Below are positions 27,101 to 36,731 of a DNA stretch of 52,143 nucleotides, piece after piece. Each line of letters begins with the position of its first letter. The first letter of the stretch is position 1. The position numbers were made by a program, and so were the translations under genes. This stretch comes from Chloroflexota bacterium (GTDB lineage Bacteria > Chloroflexota > Dehalococcoidia > Lucifugimonadales > JACPCL1): contig JACQOP010000035.1 in assembly GCA_016202485.1 (NCBI GenBank), forward strand, positions 1 to 52,143, read 5' to 3'. The notes below the pieces were generated by a model that was not told the origin of the DNA, did no database searches, and saw nothing but the letters and a program-made list of their open reading frames with translations.

Positions 27101-27685
27101 ATGTTTACCGGTATCGTAGAAGAGGTTGGGACTGTCCTGGAAGTGTCCCCCACCCGCCTTACCATCCAGGCCAAGGTCACTCTGGGAGGCGCCACGCTGG
27201 GAGACAGCATCAACGTCAACGGGGCGTGCCTCACAGTGGTGGGCTTCCAGAGCGACAGCCTCGCCGTAGACGTGGTGCCGGAGACCCTGCGACGCACCAA
27301 CCTGGGCGACCTGCACCCCGGCGACGGGGTGGACCTGGAGCGCTCCCTAGCCCTGGGGGACCGTCTTGGCGGCCACATGGTCCAGGGACACGTGGAGGCC
27401 ACGGGGCGCGTTGCGTCCATCACCCAGGAACGGGAAGCCCTGATGATACGCATAGAAGCGCCCCCATCCATCATGCGCTACATTGTCATCAAGGGGTTCA
27501 TTGCTGTGGACGGCGTCAGCCTTACGGTGGTAGATTGCAACGCTTCATCCTTTACCTTCACTGTGATACCATACACCCAGCAGCATACGGTGTTGGGCAG
27601 GCGCACGGTGGACGACCGCGTCAACCTGGAGACAGACATCGTCGCCCGCTACGTGGAACGGCTGCTTAAAGGCGAGAACCAGTGA
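27101..27685 (+). CDS. ribE: riboflavin synthase
   Basis: MFTGIVEEVGTV... with duplicated lumazine-binding repeats (second repeat GDRLGGHMVQGHVE). 194 aa. Confidence 0.93.
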   Translation: MFTGIVEEVGTVLEVSPTRLTIQAKVTLGGATLGDSINVNGACLTVVGFQSDSLAVDVVPETLRRTNLGDLHPGDGVDLERSLALGDRLGGHMVQGHVEATGRVASITQEREALMIRIEAPPSIMRYIVIKGFIAVDGVSLTVVDCNASSFTFTVIPYTQQHTVLGRRTVDDRVNLETDIVARYVERLLKGENQ

Positions 27686-27708
27686 ATCTCCCACCCAAAT
27701 AAGAGTAA

Positions 27709-27768
27709 CCCCTTTCTCATCTTTTCCCTTGAGGGAAAAAGGGGACAGGGGCAGGGTGAAAGGGTAGG
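27709..27768 (+). repeat. REP-like palindromic element in the ribE-ribBA gap
   Basis: TTTTCCC-TTGA-GGGAAAA (27722-27739) is nested in CCCCT...AGGGG and followed by ACAGGGGCAGGGTGAAAGGGTAGG. It has the same architecture as 47646-47665 and 50695-50737. Confidence 0.5.
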
Positions 27769-27774
27769 CGAACT

Positions 27775-29007
27775 ATGCCGCTATGCACCGTAGAAGAGGC
27801 CGTTGAGGAGTTCCGCAGGGGGCGCTTCCTGATCATCGTGGACGACGAAGACCGGGAGAACGAAGGCGACCTGGCCATCGCCGCCGAATGGGTAACGCCT
27901 GAAGCCATCTCCTTCATGGCGACCTATGGCCGGGGCCTCGTCTGCATGCCCATCATCGGCCAGCGTCTGGATGAGCTGAAGATCCCCCTTATGGTGCCGG
28001 AGAATACCGCACGCCTGGGTACCGCCTTCACGGTATCTGTAGACGCCAACCTGGGCACCACTACCGGCATCTCTGCCGGCGACCGGGCCGCTACTGTGAA
28101 AGCCATGCTGAACCCTCACACTCGCCCTGAGGACATGGCCCGCCCAGGGCACCTCTTTCCCCTGCGTTATGCCGAGGGCGGCGTGCTGGTACGCGCCGGC
28201 CAGACCGAGGCCAGCGTTGACCTGTGCAAGCTGGGGGGTCTGTACCCCGCGGCCGTCATCTGTGAGGTCATGAAAGAGGATGGGACAATGGCCCGTATGC
28301 CGGACCTGGAAATCCTGGCCAGGCAACATGGCGTTAAGATCATCAGCGTAGCCCAGATCATGGCCTACCGCCGCCAGCACGAGAAACTGGTGACCAGGGT
28401 AACGGAGACTCGCCTGCCCACCAGGCACGGCATCTTCACTGCCATCGCCTACAAGAGCGACCTGGACGCCGATGAGCATGTGGCCCTCGTGAGAGGCAAC
28501 GTAAACACCAGCGATCCCGTCCTGATACGGGTGCATAGCCAGTGTCTCACCGGCGATACCTTTGGCAGCCTCCGGTGCGACTGCGGCGAGCAGATGGAGA
28601 AGGCGCTGGAGCTCATTGCCAATTCAGAACGAGGTGTCTTCCTTTACATGCGCCAGGAAGGCCGGGGCATTGGCCTGCATAACAAGCTCCGTGCCTATGC
28701 CTTGCAGGACATTGGCCTGGACACCGTCCAAGCCAACGAGAGTCTTGGCTTCCTGCCGGACCTGCGGTGGTATGGAATTGGGGCACAGATCCTGGTGGAC
28801 CTGGGCGTCAAGAATATCCGCCTGTTGACCAATAATCCCAAGAAGGTAGTGGGGCTGGAGAGCTACGGCCTCCATCTGGTGGAGCGGGTGCCCATTGTCA
28901 TCCCCCCCAACCACGAGAACCAGCGATACCTGGAGACCAAGCGCACCAAGCTGGGCCATCTATTGTCTGAAGAGGACACCCAGGCGCCAATGAAGAGCAA
29001 GGCCTAG
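27775..29007 (+). CDS. ribBA: bifunctional 3,4-dihydroxy-2-butanone-4-phosphate synthase / GTP cyclohydrolase II
   Basis: 410 aa. The DHBP synthase half shows [11 protein letters not shown]. The GCHII half shows [23 protein letters not shown]. Confidence 0.95.
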   Translation: MPLCTVEEAVEEFRRGRFLIIVDDEDRENEGDLAIAAEWVTPEAISFMATYGRGLVCMPIIGQRLDELKIPLMVPENTARLGTAFTVSVDANLGTTTGISAGDRAATVKAMLNPHTRPEDMARPGHLFPLRYAEGGVLVRAGQTEASVDLCKLGGLYPAAVICEVMKEDGTMARMPDLEILARQHGVKIISVAQIMAYRRQHEKLVTRVTETRLPTRHGIFTAIAYKSDLDADEHVALVRGNVNTSDPVLIRVHSQCLTGDTFGSLRCDCGEQMEKALELIANSERGVFLYMRQEGRGIGLHNKLRAYALQDIGLDTVQANESLGFLPDLRWYGIGAQILVDLGVKNIRLLTNNPKKVVGLESYGLHLVERVPIVIPPNHENQRYLETKRTKLGHLLSEEDTQAPMKSKA

Positions 29008-29008
29008 T

Positions 29009-29485
29009 ATGGCCCAGGTCTTGAAAGGCCACCTCCACGGCGAGGACATGCGCATCGGCATCGTCGTTGCCCGCTTCAATGAACACATTACCTCCAAACT
29101 CCTGGAAGGCGCCCTGGAAGGCCTGAAGTCTCACGGCGTCGCCAGCAGTGACATCGTCGTGGTTTGGGTGCCCGGCTCCTTTGAACTGGCCTCCATTGCC
29201 GAACGCCTGGCACAACAAGGGGACTTTGACGCCGTCATCTGCCTGGGGGCTGTGGTCAAGCATGAGACGGACCACTACTACTACGTGGCCACCGAAGCGG
29301 CGCGCGGCATTGCCAGCGTGGCCCGGGAGTCCGAAGTGCCGGTCATTTTCGGCGTCTTGACCTGCGAGAATGACCAGCAGGCCCTGGAGCGCGCCGGCGG
29401 CAAGGAGGGCAACAAAGGGACCGATGCCGCCCTGGCAGCTATTGAAATGGCTAACCTGCTGAAGCTGGTGGACGAGCTGCGGTGA
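29009..29485 (+). CDS. ribH: 6,7-dimethyl-8-ribityllumazine synthase
   Basis: 158 aa with IGIVVARFNEHIT...VWVPGSFE...LGAVVKHETDHYYYV. Confidence 0.95.
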   Translation: MAQVLKGHLHGEDMRIGIVVARFNEHITSKLLEGALEGLKSHGVASSDIVVVWVPGSFELASIAERLAQQGDFDAVICLGAVVKHETDHYYYVATEAARGIASVARESEVPVIFGVLTCENDQQALERAGGKEGNKGTDAALAAIEMANLLKLVDELR

Positions 29486-30066
29486 CCACTCCTACTTTCC
29501 CCCGCTGCGTCTGGGACCCCCTGGACCCCCTCATGCTGCGCTACCACGACGAGGAGTGGGGCATACCCCTCCACGACGACAACCGGCTCTTTGAGGCCAT
29601 CGTCCTGGACGGTGCCCAGGCAGGCCTGAGCTGGCGCACCATCCTCCACAAGCGAGAAGGCTACCGCCGCGCCTTCCAGGGCTTCAACCCTGCTATCGTT
29701 GCTGCCTACGGCGAGGCGGACCGCCAGCGACTCCTGGCCGATGCCTCCATTGTCCGCAACCGCCAGAAGATAGACGCCGCCATCAACAACGCCCAGCGCA
29801 CCCTGGAAGTCCAGGCAGAGTTCGGAAGCCTGGACCGCTTCCTCTGGCAGTTCACCGGCTACAAAACAGTGCGCCGGGCCAATTACCGCACCTGGCAAGA
29901 AGTCCCGGCCACGTCGCCTGAGTCCGACGCCATGTCTGCGGAACTCCGCAAGCGCGGCTTCAAGTTCGTTGGTTCCACCATCTGCTACGCCCTCATGCAG
30001 GCCACAGGCATGGTGAATGACCACTTGACCGGCTGCTTCAGGGCGCCGCAACAAACCGCTCCCTGA
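29482..30066 (+). CDS. tag: DNA-3-methyladenine glycosylase I
   Basis: 194 aa with RCVWDPLDPLMLRYHDEEWGIPLHDDNRLFE...GAQAGLSW. Its GTG start overlaps the ribH TGA as GTGA. Confidence 0.9.
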   Translation: MTTPTFPRCVWDPLDPLMLRYHDEEWGIPLHDDNRLFEAIVLDGAQAGLSWRTILHKREGYRRAFQGFNPAIVAAYGEADRQRLLADASIVRNRQKIDAAINNAQRTLEVQAEFGSLDRFLWQFTGYKTVRRANYRTWQEVPATSPESDAMSAELRKRGFKFVGSTICYALMQATGMVNDHLTGCFRAPQQTAP

Positions 30067-30247
30067 CCTTTCCCTTCCCATTGCCACCCCACTCACCCCC
30101 CTGTATACTGCCGCAAAATGCCCCGCAGAAGTCCCTGGCCAGCAGCTCACGGAGCCATCCAGCACCGCCACGGCTAGATATGGATTGCCGTTGGATGCAT
30201 GGCTCCGGGAACCGTGAAACACATCCCTGGTCGTCCTGGAATCACTC

Positions 30248-31552
30248 GTGTGCGGAGGTACACTCGTGGCTGCTGTTTTACGGCGCGGCCGGCTAGGGCG
30301 GGTCTACTACGGTTGGTATATCGTCGCCGTTTTCTTCCTGGCCGAGTGCATCACTGCCGGAGCTGGTACCTTCACCTTCAGCCTGTATCTGAAGCCCATG
30401 AGCCAGGACCTGGGCTGGAGTCTTTCCGCCCTCGTGGCAGGCGTGAGCATCCGCGGCGTCCTGGGCGCCCTGGTGGTGCAACCCATTGTGGGGCGACTGA
30501 TGGACCGCTTCGGGCCCCGTTGGATTGTGGCCACCGGCGCGCTGGTGGCCGGGGCTGCTCTCATCTCCCTGGCCTGGCTGGAACACCTCTGGCACTGGTA
30601 CCTGGCCTACGGCGCGGCGGGCCCCCTGGGATTCGGGTTGCTGGGCGCCCTCATCAGCCATGCCACCGTGGCCAAGTGGTTCATAGAGAAGCGGGGAAGA
30701 GCAACTGCAATCGTCTCTTTCGGTATCGGCTTTGGGGGCTTTACCATGACCCCGGTGACCGGCCTGATCATCCACACTTTGGGCTGGCGGGCCGCCTGGG
30801 TCATCTTCGGGAGCCTGATGTGGCTTTTGCTCCTTCCCACGGCCCTCCTTATCCTCCGACGGTCTCCGGAAGACCTGGGCCTGCTGCCCGATGGCAAGGC
30901 GTCTATGGACGAAAGGACAACCAGAGGGCCGGCAGTTGCTCATGAAGTCTCGTGGACGGCGGCGGAGGCGCTAAGGACCAAAACCCTCTGGTTCATGGTC
31001 ATGGCATTCGCCGCCAACGGCATGGCCCTCAGCCCCATTCTCACCCACCAGGCGGTCTATCTCTCAGACCTCCAGTTCTCCGAGGGAGTGGTTACGAGCA
31101 CTGTGACCCTCTTCGCTCTCATATCTGCCTCCGCCCAGCTCTTCTGGGGACGGCTGGCAGAGCGCTACCCTATCCAGCGACTTGTGGTGCTTTCCTTCCT
31201 CATTGCGGCTGTTGGAGTGCTCTTCCTCCTTGCCCTTTCGGTGCAGCCCACCCTGGTATTTGTGGCCCTGTACCTGGCAGTGTACGGCTCCACAAGAGCG
31301 GTGGCAGCCCTGACCGGCCTGGCCTATGCCAACTACTGGGGCAGGGGGTTTCTGGGTACCATCCGGGGGACTACTGCGCCCTTCAATATCGTCAACCAGA
31401 TAGGTGGGCCGCTGCTGGCGGCCTTCATTTACGACGTGACGGGGGAGTACACCATCGCCTTCACGCTTTCCATCGTTCTCTTCCTGGCGGCGGCCCTTCT
31501 CATGGTTTTCGCCAGGCCCCCGCAGCGGTCACCTCAGCCTGCGACGGCATAG
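30248..31552 (+). CDS. MFS transporter (oxalate/formate antiporter-like)
   Basis: 434 aa with about 12 TM segments and a YYGWYIVAVFFL N-terminal pattern. The exact start is uncertain. Confidence 0.85.
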   Translation: MCGGTLVAAVLRRGRLGRVYYGWYIVAVFFLAECITAGAGTFTFSLYLKPMSQDLGWSLSALVAGVSIRGVLGALVVQPIVGRLMDRFGPRWIVATGALVAGAALISLAWLEHLWHWYLAYGAAGPLGFGLLGALISHATVAKWFIEKRGRATAIVSFGIGFGGFTMTPVTGLIIHTLGWRAAWVIFGSLMWLLLLPTALLILRRSPEDLGLLPDGKASMDERTTRGPAVAHEVSWTAAEALRTKTLWFMVMAFAANGMALSPILTHQAVYLSDLQFSEGVVTSTVTLFALISASAQLFWGRLAERYPIQRLVVLSFLIAAVGVLFLLALSVQPTLVFVALYLAVYGSTRAVAALTGLAYANYWGRGFLGTIRGTTAPFNIVNQIGGPLLAAFIYDVTGEYTIAFTLSIVLFLAAALLMVFARPPQRSPQPATA

Positions 31553-31559
31553 GGGAAGG

Positions 31560-32105
31560 TTAAGACATGGGCATCGCCTTCCTCAGGGCCTCCAGCACAA
31601 AGGCGGTCTTGCCCTGGGTGTACGCCTCCCGGTCATTCCCGTAGCGTTTGGCCAGATGGCGTTTGAGGGCGGCGTAGGCGCGGGCGGCGTCCGGGTTGGC
31701 CCGCAGGTAATTGCGGAAGGCCAGGTGGCGGGCAAGTTCTAGAGAGTCGTGGGCGCAGACGTACAGGTGATGCTCCGGCCAGGTGCGGCCTGACCCGTCC
31801 CAAGGGGTGCAATCGTCAGTGCGGCCAAAGGCTTCGCGCCCTGGTACGCCAAGGTCGCCCTGGTGGGCGTAGCCCAGGGTTGAGAGGCGCTCGCTAGCCT
31901 GGGGCAGCAGGTCCCGAGAAGCGATAACCACGTCCATGTCAATAATGGGCTTGGCCGGCAGGCGGGGGACGGCAGTACTGCCCACGTGTTCAATAGCCAG
32001 GGCCTGGGGGCCGAGGGGAACGCTAATGGCTTTTTGCAGGCTGTCAAACTGCTGGGGCCATGCAGGATCGTAGCTAACGATGATGACAGGACGGGGGATA
32101 GCCAT
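31560..32105 (-). CDS. GrpB family protein (UPF0157)
   Basis: 181 aa with IVSYDPAWPQQF...IEHVGSTAVPRLPAKPIIDMDVVI. Confidence 0.85.
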   Translation of the reverse strand: MAIPRPVIIVSYDPAWPQQFDSLQKAISVPLGPQALAIEHVGSTAVPRLPAKPIIDMDVVIASRDLLPQASERLSTLGYAHQGDLGVPGREAFGRTDDCTPWDGSGRTWPEHHLYVCAHDSLELARHLAFRNYLRANPDAARAYAALKRHLAKRYGNDREAYTQGKTAFVLEALRKAMPMS

Positions 32106-32111
32106 CAGGCG

Positions 32112-32387
32112 CTACCGCGCCGCCAGGCGGGCGTCCTTCCATTCCATCAGCTTTTCGGTGACTTCCCGGGCCTCGGGCCAGTGGTGCGGGTTATGGAGGT
32201 GCTCCAGCACCACCTCGTCATTGAAGGATATGCTGAACTTCCCGTGGCCCGAAGGCAGGAGCTTCACGGTGTTGATGTAGTCACCGTGGCGGAAGAGCAT
32301 CTCGCCTGCAATCCAGGCGGCCCGCAGGTCGTCGCCGCAGTTGTGACAGTACTCAATGGTCACGTCCAGCTTGCCACGTTCGGTCAT
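32112..32387 (-). CDS. SelT/SelW/SelH (Rdx) family thioredoxin-like protein, Cys form
   Basis: 91 aa. IEYCHNCG is the CxxC redox motif at the Rdx position, and the length matches the family. Confidence 0.7.
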   Translation of the reverse strand: MTERGKLDVTIEYCHNCGDDLRAAWIAGEMLFRHGDYINTVKLLPSGHGKFSISFNDEVVLEHLHNPHHWPEAREVTEKLMEWKDARLAAR

Positions 32388-32457
32388 CGGACACCTCCTT
32401 CCCCATTTGTCTTAGTCTACTGCAATGAGGGTGCGCCTGCCAGTGTAGAGAGCGCCA

Positions 32458-34335
32458 TTACACATCTTGCGTCCACTGGGCCCACTTTTCATCTAGCAAC
32501 GCCTGCATGTGGCTATGCTCTTGGCCCAGGCGCGTAACAGCGGCGATGTCCTGGCGCTCCGATGCAAGCTGCAACTGGCGTTCCACTTCTTGCAGCCGTT
32601 CTTCCAGTTCAGCGATGACCTGCTCCGGGTTATCCTTGGCTGGCGCAGGTGTGGAAGGCTTCCTGGCAGAGGGCGGACGAGGAGGCCGCGTAGAGGCCTT
32701 GGGCGGGGGTGGAGGGGCCGTATCCTTTTCTCGTTCTTGGTCTCGTATCCACTCCTCATAACTGCCTGGAAAGATGGTGAGCGTCCCGCCGGCTACGAGC
32801 CACAGTTCCTGGGCCAGCAGGGAGATGAGCTGGCGGTCGTGGGAAACGAAGAGCAATGTGCCGTCATACTCCAGCAACACCTGCTCCAGCGCCTCACGGC
32901 TAGGGATATCCAGGTGGTTGGTGGGCTCGTCCAGCACCAGGACATTGGGCTGGGTCACTAGGAGGCGGGCCAGGGCCAGACGGCTGCGCTGTCCCCCGCT
33001 GAGGGTGCTCACGGGTTGGAAGGCGTCCTCGCCCCGGAACAGGAAGCGCGCCAGGTACGACCGGCCCTCCCCTGGGGATAGCTCCTTGATAGCCAGGAGG
33101 GCCTCCAGGACCGAAGCCTCCTCCGGGAGGTCATCCAGCCCCTGGCGGTAGTAGCCTACCTTTACATTGCCGCCCAGGACAGCCGAGCCTTCAACGGGCG
33201 GGGCCAGGCCAAGGAGGGTCTCAAGGAGGGTGGTCTTTCCTGAACCGTTGCTGCCCATGATGGCAATCCGAGCGCCGCGCTGGATGTTGAGGTCGGGGAC
33301 CCTTAGCAACGTGACAGGCTCGTCACCATCCCCAAAGCCCACCGTGAGGCCCCTGGTGCGGGCTACCACCTGGGCTGTCCTGGTAGCAGACACCGTAGCA
33401 AGGGCTGGTCCTGCCGTCTTTATAGGGGCCTCCAGCCGCTCCAACCGGGCAAGTCGTTTCGCACGGCCCTGGGCCTCCTGGGCCCGCTGCCCGGCGCCGT
33501 AGCGGCGGATAAACTCCTCCTCTTTGGCGATGTACTCCTGCTGCCGCTCAAACTCCCGCTGCTGCTGGAGCTCCTGTTCGGTCTTCAGCAGGCGGTACTT
33601 GGAGTAGTTGCCAGGAAAGGTATTGAGCCTCTCGTGGTCAAGCTCCCATATCTGGTCCACCACCCGGTCAAGGAAGTAACGGTCGTGGGACACCACAATG
33701 AAGGTGTGGTTGAACCGGGCCAGGAAGCGCTCCAACCAGGCAAGGCCTGCAAGGTCCAGATGGTTGGTCGGCTCGTCCAGCACCAGCAGGTCGGGGTCGG
33801 CAAGGAGGGCCTTGGCCAGGGCCGCACGGGTGCGTTCGCCCCCGCTTGCCGATTCAGCCGGCGTGCGGAGGGCCTCCTGGGACAGGCCAAGGCCTGTGAC
33901 GACCCGTTCCATCGCATTCTGGAAGGTGTAACCGCCCTGGGCCTCAAACTGGTGGGCCAGAGTTGCGTACCGCGCCTCCGCCCGGCGGCGTGAGGATTCA
34001 TCCTCCGACTGCATGGCAGAGGCGGCCTGGGCCATCTCCCCCTCCACTTGGCGGAGGCCGGCAAAAGCCGTCATCACCTCATCGTAAAGGGCGCCGCCGG
34101 TAGTCAGGACGGGCGTCTGGGGGACATAGCCGGTGCGCAGGCCACGGGCGCGGTGAATCACCCCGGCATTTGGCTCTAGCTCGCCCACAATGAGGCGCAG
34201 CAGGGAGGTCTTGCCCGTGCCGTTGGGGCCGACGACGCCGATGCGCGCCCGCTCCACGACCTCAACATCCAGGCCGGAGAAGACCTCCATCTGGCCGAAG
34301 AACAGGGTTAAGCTGGAGCCGGTAAGGAGGGGCAT
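32458..34335 (-). CDS. ABC-F family ATPase (Uup/YheS-like, two ABC domains, C-terminal coiled coil)
   Basis: 625 aa with two Walker A motifs (GPNGTGKTS, GSNGSGKTT), two LSGG signatures and an inter-domain linker. A Pro/Lys-rich segment and then a coiled coil end the protein. There are no TM segments. Confidence 0.9.
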   Translation of the reverse strand: MPLLTGSSLTLFFGQMEVFSGLDVEVVERARIGVVGPNGTGKTSLLRLIVGELEPNAGVIHRARGLRTGYVPQTPVLTTGGALYDEVMTAFAGLRQVEGEMAQAASAMQSEDESSRRRAEARYATLAHQFEAQGGYTFQNAMERVVTGLGLSQEALRTPAESASGGERTRAALAKALLADPDLLVLDEPTNHLDLAGLAWLERFLARFNHTFIVVSHDRYFLDRVVDQIWELDHERLNTFPGNYSKYRLLKTEQELQQQREFERQQEYIAKEEEFIRRYGAGQRAQEAQGRAKRLARLERLEAPIKTAGPALATVSATRTAQVVARTRGLTVGFGDGDEPVTLLRVPDLNIQRGARIAIMGSNGSGKTTLLETLLGLAPPVEGSAVLGGNVKVGYYRQGLDDLPEEASVLEALLAIKELSPGEGRSYLARFLFRGEDAFQPVSTLSGGQRSRLALARLLVTQPNVLVLDEPTNHLDIPSREALEQVLLEYDGTLLFVSHDRQLISLLAQELWLVAGGTLTIFPGSYEEWIRDQEREKDTAPPPPPKASTRPPRPPSARKPSTPAPAKDNPEQVIAELEERLQEVERQLQLASERQDIAAVTRLGQEHSHMQALLDEKWAQWTQDV

Positions 34336-34740
34336 GGGAAATCAGCGCCTCCCCCGGACGGGAAATGCCCAGCAGGAAAGCGGGTGTGCGGTATGGAGGA
34401 GAGATGGATGAGAGAATGACTGGCTATGCACATTGGTAGTATAGCTAATTTCGGCGAGACAGGGGACGGGTAGGAAGAAAGGCATGGAGCAAAAGGAACT
34501 CTGCCCCCTTCTCCAAAGGGACCACAGCACTGCTAAACGTTGCAGGCGCAGGGAGAACCTGCTCCTTGTATCGTATGAGGGATTGGTGGGAGGACTGGGG
34601 GGGCATGGGAAGAGGGTAGTCCACATAGGCAGGTGGGGGAATTGTTTTATTTTTCTGTGGAAACAAATCCCGGCCACTGTATGAGGAGAGGAATGGGCTG
34701 TACTGGGGTGCAGGGACAGGATAGCAAGATGGGGAAGGGA

Positions 34741-34765
34741 TGGGGAAGAGGCGGATGGCAGAGGC
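34741..34765 (+). repeat. 25-nt purine-rich dispersed repeat, copy 2
   Basis: TGGGGAAGAGGCGGATGGCAGAGGC matches 22 of 25 positions of the reverse complement of 20380-20404. The related unit ATGGG(G)AAGRGG also occurs at about 34604 and 34729. Confidence 0.5.
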
Positions 34766-34847
34766 TCTCCCTTCCCTTTGTCCCTTCTTTACCCTAGACT
34801 GGCTGACAATGTGGCCTTACACACTGGTGTTTCAGAAAGGGATTGAC

Positions 34848-36143
34848 ATGCAGCCGCCTCCGCCGCAGGCGCCGTTGGAGCCTCATCTCAGTTTTCCCCG
34901 CATTCGCCCCCTGGACATCAAATGGGTGGAGCAGGGGAATGAACGCTACCTCTACCTCCACGATCCCCTGGGTCTGACCCCAGGGGAGGTCTTTCTCCCT
35001 GAGTTCCTGGCCCCCTTGGTGTCTATGTTTGACGGAGAGCACAACCTTCCAACCATTCGGGCTGCCTTGGCCCTGTGGCGGGGGTTGAGCCTCACTACCG
35101 AAGAACTGGAGCGCATCGTCAAGGAACTGGACGAGTCCCTGGTGCTGGAAGGCCCACGTGTAGACGATGCCAAGCGAGAGGCCCTGGAGGAGTACCGTAT
35201 GTCGCCCTTCCGCCAGCCGGCTCTGGCGGGGATGGCCTATCCCGGCGACATTGTGATATTAGAAAAGGCCCTGGATGAATACTGCACCCGGTTCCCCGTG
35301 GCAGAAGACCTGTCGGCAAACCCGGATGCGCCGGTGTTGGGCATCCTCAGCCCCCACATTGACTACACCCGGGGCCACAAGGTGTACGCAGAGAGCTGGC
35401 AGGCCATTGCCGCTGCTGTGGCCCAGTGCGAGCAGGTCATCATCTTCGGCACGGACCATTCCGGAGGGCCTGGCAAGGTGACCCTGACCCGCCAGAAGTA
35501 TGCGACTCCCTGGGGGGCCTTCCCGTCGGACTCCCAGCTTGTTGGAAACCTTCTCCGGGAGCTGGGTATAGACGCCCTGGAAGAGGAACTTCACCACATG
35601 ACGGAACACTCCATTGAGCTGGCAGCGGTATGGCTGCACTACATCTTGTGCAAAGTGAAAGGAAAGGGTTCTTTCCGAAACCTGCCCACAGTGCTCCCCG
35701 TCCTGTGCGGCACTATGTTCCCCTACCTGCAGGGCGAGCAGGACCCCGACACGGACCCTGCCTTTGAGCGGCTGCTCCAGGGGTTGCGTCCATCCCTGGA
35801 ACAGAGGCGTACCCTCGTAGTGGCAGCCGGTGATATGGCCCATGTGGGCCCCGCCTTTGGCGATGGCCAGGGATGGGACATGGCCGCTAAGGCGCGGCTC
35901 CGCAACGCCGATGAGGCCTCTTTGGAAGCTATCTGCAAGGGGGATGCACGGGGCTTTTTCCAGGGGTTGAAGGCGGAGGGGGACAGCCGCCGGGTTTGCG
36001 GCCTGACTCCTATCTACCTGGCCCTGCGGCTGCTGGAGGGAGAGGTGGATGGAGTGCCTACGGGCTACCAGCAATGCCCCGCCGACCCAGCAGGGATGTC
36101 CTTCGTCTCCATTGCTGGAGTTGTGTGGCGCAAGAAACGATGA
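34848..36143 (+). CDS. MEMO1 / AmmeMemoRadiSam system protein B family protein with ~120-aa N-terminal extension
   Basis: The MEMO core shows FRQPALAGMAYPGD...GILSPHIDYTRG...GTDHSG...AAGDMAHVG...VCGLTPIY. The upstream part of ORF 34740-36143 overlaps purine-rich repeats and looks non-coding, so the ATG at 34848 is preferred. Confidence 0.8.
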   Translation: MQPPPPQAPLEPHLSFPRIRPLDIKWVEQGNERYLYLHDPLGLTPGEVFLPEFLAPLVSMFDGEHNLPTIRAALALWRGLSLTTEELERIVKELDESLVLEGPRVDDAKREALEEYRMSPFRQPALAGMAYPGDIVILEKALDEYCTRFPVAEDLSANPDAPVLGILSPHIDYTRGHKVYAESWQAIAAAVAQCEQVIIFGTDHSGGPGKVTLTRQKYATPWGAFPSDSQLVGNLLRELGIDALEEELHHMTEHSIELAAVWLHYILCKVKGKGSFRNLPTVLPVLCGTMFPYLQGEQDPDTDPAFERLLQGLRPSLEQRRTLVVAAGDMAHVGPAFGDGQGWDMAAKARLRNADEASLEAICKGDARGFFQGLKAEGDSRRVCGLTPIYLALRLLEGEVDGVPTGYQQCPADPAGMSFVSIAGVVWRKKR

Positions 36144-36219
36144 TACAGGTCTCTCAGGAATGACTGGCATAGATTGAGCCGCATGTATACAATGGGATAA
36201 ATGTGTTTAGGTGCTGACT

Positions 36220-36591
36220 ATGAAGAAAGTCCTCTTGGCCGACGACGAAGATGGCGTGCTGGCGCTGGTGGCTGCCACCCTGGCGAATGATGAACGCTAT
36301 ATACTGCTCACGGCAAGAGATGGGGAGGAGGCGCTAGCTATTGCACGGCGCGAGATTCCCGACCTCGTCTTCCTGGATATCATAATGCCCAAGCTTGACG
36401 GCTACCAGGTGTGCCGGGCGCTGAAACTGTCGCCGACGACCGGGCACATCAGGGTGGTCATGCTGACCGCCATGGCCCAGGACGTTAACCGGGAGCGGGC
36501 TCAATCGGCAGGAGCTGATGACTACTTCACCAAACCCTTCAGTCCTACTGCCCTATTGGAAAAGGTCAACGACATGCTGGAACTGGGGTAA
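36220..36591 (+). CDS. single-domain response regulator (CheY-like receiver)
   Basis: MKKVLLADDEDGV...DLVFLDIIMPKLDGYQVC...LTAMAQ...K(P)F contains the receiver signature residues. AGGTG lies 6 nt upstream of the ATG at 36220; a GTG at 36211 is an alternative start. Confidence 0.88.
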   Translation: MKKVLLADDEDGVLALVAATLANDERYILLTARDGEEALAIARREIPDLVFLDIIMPKLDGYQVCRALKLSPTTGHIRVVMLTAMAQDVNRERAQSAGADDYFTKPFSPTALLEKVNDMLELG

Positions 36592-36628
36592 GGGTGCTTT
36601 GTGCGGATAGCTCTTGACTGCTACTGTA

Positions 36629-36662
36629 GGGGCGAGTCATTGACTCGCCCCAGTGATTTTCT
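36629..36662 (+). terminator. intrinsic terminator after the receiver gene
   Basis: GGGGCGAGT-CATTG-ACTCGCCCC (9-bp stem) is followed by AGTGATTTTCTGC. Confidence 0.5.
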
Positions 36663-36731
36663 GCTCATGGCTGCATGGTGCTGCCGTAGTCATGTCAAAG
36701 ATACACGAGATTCCAGCGAAGGCCATAAGCC

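Noticed and set aside
34342-34677. 111-aa minus-strand ORF in the ABC-F / MEMO spacer
   Set aside because: It is a pyrimidine-strand reading of a purine-skewed repeat region. The product is low-complexity Pro/Ser/Leu/Phe-rich, with no RBS and no similarity to anything I recognise.
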